Origin: an uncultured virus (IMG/VR IMGVR_UViG_3300008113_000126)
Taxonomy: Duplodnaviria > Heunggongvirae > Uroviricota > Caudoviricetes
Virus record (IMG/VR): IMGVR_UViG_3300008113_000126
Direction: 5' to 3' (one strand)
DNA: 64,000 nt
The first letter of the stretch is position 1, and the number at the start of each line of letters is the position of its first letter. The translations under genes were made by a program, and so were the position numbers. Below the pieces are notes generated by a model. The model had not been told where the DNA came from and did not search any database. It saw nothing but the letters and a program-made list of their open reading frames with translations. Below are positions 58,736-64,000 of the stretch, one piece after another.

Positions 58736-60298
58736 CTTGTTAAAAGAGCACATCAGACACAAAAGTGGACTGAGGATGATATTGCACATCTTCTTAAATG
58801 TCAAGATTTTGATACTGGACCAGATTACTTTATAAGAAACTTCTTTTATATACAACATCCAACCCAAGGTAAAATACAATACGATCCGTTTAGCTATCAA
58901 GAAAATTTATTAGACAGTTATCACACTCATCGTTTTAGTGTAAACATGTTAGGACGACAAATGGGTAAAACTACCACTGCGGTAGGCTATTTGTTGTGGT
59001 ATGCTATGTTTGTTCCTAACAGCACAATTCTTATTGCCGCCCACAAATATACAGGCGCACAGGAAATTATGCAACGTTTACGTTATGCTTACGAACTTTG
59101 CCCTGATAGTATACGATGTGGAGTTACAAGTTACAACAAGCAAAGTATTGAATTTGATAACGGTTCTCGTATTATGGCGCAGACAACTACAGAAACAACC
59201 GGTCGAGGTATGTCTGTATCTTTATTATACTGCGACGAGTTTGCCTATGTAGAGCCTAACATTGCTACAGAATTTTGGACTTCTATTGCCCCTACATTAT
59301 CCACAGGCGGTAAGGCAATTATTACAAGCACACCTAACAGTGACGAAGACCAATTTGCGTTAATTTGGAGTGAAGCTAGTAAACGATTTGATGAATACGG
59401 TAATCAAACAGAACTAGGCCGTAACGGGTTTTATCCTTACATGGCAATCTGGAGCGAGCACCCAGACCGCGATGAAGTATGGGCTAACGAGATGAAGTCT
59501 CAGTTGGGCATTGAACGGTTTGAACGAGAACACGAATGTAAGTTCTTAATTTTTGACGAAACATTAATTAACTCTATTAGCCTTGCAAATTTAGAAGGAA
59601 TCGAACCAAAAATGAAAATGGGGCAAGCCCGTTGGTATAAAAAAATTGATACATCCTGTACCTATATTGTTGCACTAGATCCCAGTTTAGGTACAGGGGG
59701 TGACCCGGCTGCTATTGAAATTATAGAATTGCCTAGTATGATACAAGTCTGTGAGTGGCAACATAATTCAACTCCTGTACAGGCACAGGCAAGAATTTTA
59801 AGAGATTTATGTAAACATATAGACGAACAATTTGTCGCCGACGGGCTTAATACTTCTTTATATTATAGTGTTGAAAATAACACCGTCGGTGAAAGTGCCC
59901 TAGTTTCAATTAACGAATTAGGAGAAGAAACAATCCCTGGGTTATTTTTAAGCGAGCCAATAAAGAAAGGGCATGTTCGTAGATTCCGCAAAGGATTTAA
60001 TACAACACACTCTGCTAAATTGTCCGCCTGCGCCAAGTTAAAACAACTTGTAGAAACTAAAAAAATAGAAATTAATAGCAAACCGTTAATAAGTGAACTT
60101 AAAACATTTATTGCAAACGGAATAACATTTAAAGCAAAAACTGGGCAACACGACGATATGGTTTCTGCATTATTACTAGCAATTCGCATGATTATGATGC
60201 TACAAGACTGGGATCCGCATATCTATGATAAAATGCGAGATCATAGCGGCCTAGAAGAATACGATATGCCCTTGCCAATCTACATTAATAGTTTTTAA
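58736..60298 (+). CDS. Terminase large subunit gp17 (start lost in the gap)
   Basis: GRQMGKTT Walker A, LLYCDEFA Walker B, ITSTPN, ALDPS and HDDMV nuclease motifs. Confidence 0.92.
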   Translation, partial: LVKRAHQTQKWTEDDIAHLLKCQDFDTGPDYFIRNFFYIQHPTQGKIQYDPFSYQENLLDSYHTHRFSVNMLGRQMGKTTTAVGYLLWYAMFVPNSTILIAAHKYTGAQEIMQRLRYAYELCPDSIRCGVTSYNKQSIEFDNGSRIMAQTTTETTGRGMSVSLLYCDEFAYVEPNIATEFWTSIAPTLSTGGKAIITSTPNSDEDQFALIWSEASKRFDEYGNQTELGRNGFYPYMAIWSEHPDRDEVWANEMKSQLGIERFEREHECKFLIFDETLINSISLANLEGIEPKMKMGQARWYKKIDTSCTYIVALDPSLGTGGDPAAIEIIELPSMIQVCEWQHNSTPVQAQARILRDLCKHIDEQFVADGLNTSLYYSVENNTVGESALVSINELGEETIPGLFLSEPIKKGHVRRFRKGFNTTHSAKLSACAKLKQLVETKKIEINSKPLISELKTFIANGITFKAKTGQHDDMVSALLLAIRMIMMLQDWDPHIYDKMRDHSGLEEYDMPLPIYINSF

Positions 60299-60309
60299 TA
60301 AATAACACT

Positions 60310-62628
60310 ATGAATACTCACATCATCAGCCAGGACGTTTTTGACAAAATTCGTAGCCGTTTTAGAAATCTTGAAATGGGCGATCCTCAAGGAGAAGTTA
60401 CCGCTAACCCTAAAGAAGCACACTTTTTTGATTTTGATTTTGTAGTTGAAGATAAAAATTTAGGCAGAGTTAGTATAAGCATTAATGAAATCGGTTGTTT
60501 AAAAGTATTTTACAGTCAAAATATTTTAGAAGATGCTGACGATTTTACAAAAGATATTTGGTATGACTTCTTAAGAGAAATGAGAATGTTTGCTAAACGT
60601 AGACTTTTACGATTTGACACACGAGATATTACCAAGAAAAATCTCGACAAAGATGATTTTCAACACTTGGCATCATCTAGTATAGGAAATATGGATATGA
60701 ATGAATCGATTAAATTTGAAGGAACTAAAAAGACAAGTAGACGAGTTTTAGAAAAAACTACCCTTGTTGTTCGACATAAAAATAGCATCGAAAATGAACA
60801 AGCAGGTGCTAGAAGTCGACGAAATAATATTAAAGCATTGTTTATTGAAAATTCTGAAGGCGAACGTTTCAAATATCCTTTTATTCATGTAGCAGGAGCA
60901 AAGGCAATGCAACGGCATGTTGCCAACGGTGGACGCCCATATGATGAGTTTGGCAATGCTATCATAAGAATGAGTGAGCAGATCAGCCAGCTTTCAGAAT
61001 TTAAACGCAAAGTGAGTCATGATAATCTAAATCAATCAGTTAACGAAATTACAAACAGAGCTAATACAAAATTAGAATCTCTCCGTAGACAAGTTGAAGG
61101 ATTAGGCGGACAAAACTACTACGAAAAGTGGAAAGAAGGTTTTGTTCCGAATGCCGGATCAGATCTAGTTATGGACCAAGCTACTCTCGAAGACTATAAA
61201 CATAAATTTACAGTTTCAAGTTTTAAAGAAGAATTAGCACAATATTTTCCTTTAATTCACAGTATTATGCAAGAAGCAAATACTGTAGATTTAGAAGATG
61301 TTGTAAGCGAGGGCAATGAAGCCGAGCAGTGTGATGTATGTGATCGTCCAAAAGATGATTGTGTATGTGACGATGTTAAAGAACATGCAAGTTTTAGAGA
61401 TTTTGTAGAGTGGGCAAATAGAGTAGAAGAAGGCAAATTAGGCATGGATCAACTTGGGGATCTACATGACCTGTTAGAAAAAGGATTACCTTTAGGTGTA
61501 GACGGAGTAAGCGCCATTGAAGCACTAGAAGGCATCGGCATACACGATGAAGAACTATTTGCAAAACTTGAAGCAATGGCTGATCCTGAACAAGGCGGCA
61601 ATCCGGAAACAGATGTAAAAGACACAGTGTTATCTTGGTTAAGTGCAAGCGATCCGGAAGCGGCACAAGAATTTGGATATGAACCAACTGATGAAAGCAA
61701 TGAAGAAGAGATGAAAGAAGTAGCATCTCCTAGGGTTATTGCAGAATTGGTTTATTCTATGTATAACAAAAACCATAAAGAAGAAAATTTAGGACCGTTC
61801 CCTAAAGGAAAACACGGTGTATTAACCGCTGTAAAAAAACAGTTTGGAGATGAAGGTATGAAAATGGCAGAAGTATTGGTCAACTATTTAGACCCACAAG
61901 AAAATGAAGGTATGTCCGGTGCGGCATTAGGTGGAGTTGCCGGAGCTATAGCAACCAAAACACCAGGTGGCGCAATGGCTGGTGCTGATATCGGAAGTGC
62001 AATCCAAGACAAATTGGGAGAAGCTGTAGAAGACCGAACATCTTATAAAGTAGCAAAATTTTTATTCGATAAAGGGTTGAGATATAATCCTCAAAATGAA
62101 AAACAGATCATTAATAAAATGGATGATGCAATGATTGCTATGAATATGCCTGCAAAAACTATTCAGTATCTATTAAGACACGACGAAGATTTTATCGGAG
62201 ACACACTAGGCGAACTCCGACACATGGAAGATGCAGTAGCCGAGTTAGCCATGGCTTCGGTCGCGGCAGAGGGTATCAAAGATATTGCCAAAAAAGTAGG
62301 CGGCGCAGTTAAAGCTGGTGCTAAAGCAGTTGGTAAGGCCATTGTTGGCCCAGATGACGAAGAATTGCTACAGAGATTAGAAAAAGAAACTGGTGGGAAA
62401 CGTCCAAATGCTTACAATAAGCCAAAGAATGAAGCCACTGACGACAAAAAGTTTGATCCATTAAAACATATTAAAAATCCTACCCAGGGAGAAAAAGACG
62501 CTGCCAAAGATGTCAAACGTGGAAGTTATTCGGATCGTGCCGCAATGTTAAAATCAGCAGAAACTGACGGCAGATTAAAAAATGAAGACGTTAATATTAT
62601 TTTAAAATTAGCCGGTTTGGCAAAATAA
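60310..62628 (+). CDS. Large hypothetical late protein, probable internal head protein
   Basis: GERFKYPF.H..GA.AM.RHV.NGG.P.D motif; acidic modular C-half; ends KLAGLAK; TAAATA promoter. Confidence 0.6.
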   Translation: MNTHIISQDVFDKIRSRFRNLEMGDPQGEVTANPKEAHFFDFDFVVEDKNLGRVSISINEIGCLKVFYSQNILEDADDFTKDIWYDFLREMRMFAKRRLLRFDTRDITKKNLDKDDFQHLASSSIGNMDMNESIKFEGTKKTSRRVLEKTTLVVRHKNSIENEQAGARSRRNNIKALFIENSEGERFKYPFIHVAGAKAMQRHVANGGRPYDEFGNAIIRMSEQISQLSEFKRKVSHDNLNQSVNEITNRANTKLESLRRQVEGLGGQNYYEKWKEGFVPNAGSDLVMDQATLEDYKHKFTVSSFKEELAQYFPLIHSIMQEANTVDLEDVVSEGNEAEQCDVCDRPKDDCVCDDVKEHASFRDFVEWANRVEEGKLGMDQLGDLHDLLEKGLPLGVDGVSAIEALEGIGIHDEELFAKLEAMADPEQGGNPETDVKDTVLSWLSASDPEAAQEFGYEPTDESNEEEMKEVASPRVIAELVYSMYNKNHKEENLGPFPKGKHGVLTAVKKQFGDEGMKMAEVLVNYLDPQENEGMSGAALGGVAGAIATKTPGGAMAGADIGSAIQDKLGEAVEDRTSYKVAKFLFDKGLRYNPQNEKQIINKMDDAMIAMNMPAKTIQYLLRHDEDFIGDTLGELRHMEDAVAELAMASVAAEGIKDIAKKVGGAVKAGAKAVGKAIVGPDDEELLQRLEKETGGKRPNAYNKPKNEATDDKKFDPLKHIKNPTQGEKDAAKDVKRGSYSDRAAMLKSAETDGRLKNEDVNIILKLAGLAK

Positions 62629-62651
62629 ACCTATTTCAGTAACCATTTAGG

Positions 62652-62680
62652 TTGCGATGATAAATAGATGTGTGTATACT
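62652..62680 (+). promoter_or_regulatory. Sigma70-type promoter with a nested late TAAATA box, upstream of gp32
   Basis: TTGCGA-17 nt-TATACT; TAAATA at 62661-66. Confidence 0.6.
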
Positions 62681-62764
62681 TAATCGTATGCACACATTTT
62701 TCTTTTTAGTCAGTTGGCTTTAAAGAAGAGGCATAATATAAAACATTTATTAAGGAAAAACATT

Positions 62765-63745
62765 ATGGCAACTTTAGCAGAAATCCGCGCAAAACTTCAA
62801 GCATCATCTCAACAAAACACCGGCAGCGCAAGCGGTGGAGACAACGCAATTTATCCCCATTGGAACATTCAAGAAGGCACTAGTGCAACAGTACGATTCC
62901 TTCCAGATGGCGATCCAAATAACACTTTTTTCTGGATCGAACGTGCAATGATCAAATTGCCATTCGCTGGCATTAAAGGTGAAACAAATTCCAAACCCGT
63001 TACTGTACAAGTTCCTTGTATGGAAATGTGGGGCGAAACTTGTCCAGTTCTTACTGAAGTGCGTCCTTGGTTTAAGGATAAGTCTTTGGAAGATATGGGT
63101 CGTAAGTACTGGAAGAAAAAGTCATACCTGTTCCAAGGCTTTGTTGTTGACAGCAAGCTTCAAGAAGAAGGTAAAACTCCAGAAAATCCAATCCGTAGAT
63201 TCATTATTGGTAGCCAAATTTTTAACATTGTTAAGAATGCGCTGTTGGATCCTGAGATCGAAGAAACACCAACAGACTATGTCCGTGGTTTAGACTTTAA
63301 GATCACAAAAACAAGTAAAGGTGGTTATGCTGACTACAGTACTTCTAACTGGGCTCGTCGTGAGCGTTCGTTAGGTGCTGAAGAAGCAGCCGCGATTGAA
63401 CAGTATGGATTGTTTAGTCTAAAAGACTTCCTGCCTAAAAAGCCAGGCGAAGTTGAACTCAAAGTTATTGCAGAAATGTTTGCGGCATCAGTAGACGGCG
63501 AAGCATATGATCCAGAACGTTGGGGACAATATTTCAAGCCAGCAGGCTTTAATTCTGGTAATTCTAATGCATCGTCAGAAAGCAAATCTGCTCCAGCAAA
63601 AGCTGTTAGCAAGCCCGTAGAAACTGATGCTGAAGAAGATGCTCCGTTTGACACAACTCCTGCAGAGGCTGCACCAGCAACTTCTGAAGCAAGTGGACGT
63701 GCGGCAGACATCCTTGCGATGATTCGTAACCGTCAAAAATCTTAA
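62765..63745 (+). CDS. Single-stranded DNA-binding protein gp32
   Basis: MATLAEIRAKL, VRFLP, C.E...CPV, YW.K.SY, G.DF.I.K...GGYADY..S; start at ATG 62765 (AAGGA RBS). Confidence 0.88.
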   Translation: MATLAEIRAKLQASSQQNTGSASGGDNAIYPHWNIQEGTSATVRFLPDGDPNNTFFWIERAMIKLPFAGIKGETNSKPVTVQVPCMEMWGETCPVLTEVRPWFKDKSLEDMGRKYWKKKSYLFQGFVVDSKLQEEGKTPENPIRRFIIGSQIFNIVKNALLDPEIEETPTDYVRGLDFKITKTSKGGYADYSTSNWARRERSLGAEEAAAIEQYGLFSLKDFLPKKPGEVELKVIAEMFAASVDGEAYDPERWGQYFKPAGFNSGNSNASSESKSAPAKAVSKPVETDAEEDAPFDTTPAEAAPATSEASGRAADILAMIRNRQKS

Positions 63746-63758
63746 TTAGGAGATAGAC

Positions 63759-64000
63759 ATGGGAAAGGCCTTCGATATTTCGAAGTTCCGCAAGTCTATC
63801 ACTAAAAGTATTGATGGCTTGGGAATTGGTTTCAATGATCCAACAGACTGGATCAGCACTGGCAACTATGCCCTTAACTATCTTATCTCAGGGGACTTCT
63901 TTAAGGGAGTTCCCCTTGGTAAGGTAACGGTATTTGCTGGAGAATCTGGTGCAGGTAAATCATATATCTGTTCCGGTAACATTATTAAAGCCGCACAAGA
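63759..64000 (+). CDS. uvsX: RecA-like recombinase UvsX (partial; runs off the right edge)
   Basis: Hand-translated MGKAFDISKFRKSITK...WISTGNYALNYLISG...GVPLGKVTVFAGESGAGKS; AGGAG RBS. Confidence 0.88.
   Translation, partial: MGKAFDISKFRKSITKSIDGLGIGFNDPTDWISTGNYALNYLISGDFFKGVPLGKVTVFAGESGAGKSYICSGNIIKAAQ

Noticed and set aside
57647..60298. 883-aa ORF suggesting a terminase with a long acidic N-terminal fusion
   Set aside because: The join runs through a 55-N gap of unknown true size; two separate genes is the simpler reading
98..63711. Many short antisense or out-of-frame ORFs in the track (e.g. 98-361, 10621-11175, 29869-30348, 35159-35554, 63334-63711)
   Set aside because: They are shadows of well-supported genes, caused by codon bias and repeats
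1..64000. Stop-codon reassignment, inteins or introns in core genes
   Set aside because: Core genes translate full length in the standard code with no intein or intron-sized insertions visible

Overview
This 64-kb window is the core of a large, AT-rich T4-superfamily myovirus, probably a metagenomic scaffold (one 55-N gap at 58681-58735). It holds the late sigma factor (gp55-like), gp47/gp46 nucleases, baseplate genes, a putative tape measure protein, portal, protease, scaffold, major capsid, neck, tail completion, sheath, tube, gp4, terminase, gp32 and the start of uvsX, in the standard genetic code. The accessory content is the interesting part. (1) A 2352-aa virion-type protein has 8 tandem ~150-168-aa domains plus a ninth split one; by eye they resemble phycobiliprotein (globin-fold) subunits and keep the bilin-attachment C-x-R-D motif. 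(2) A ~450-nt densely base-paired non-coding segment lies directly behind a stand-alone GIY-YIG-like gene and an Hc1-like gene. (3) A late-promoter-driven GDP-deoxysugar operon (Gmd, His-type ColD-like enzyme) plus rmlC and a reductase sits near a Pro-poor, Ser/Thr-rich collagen-like fibre gene. (4) A radical SAM enzyme has a tetraether-synthase-like N-terminus. (5) A recurring TAAATA-N5-ATG layout suggests leaderless late mRNAs. All family calls are by motif recognition from memory; no searches were run.
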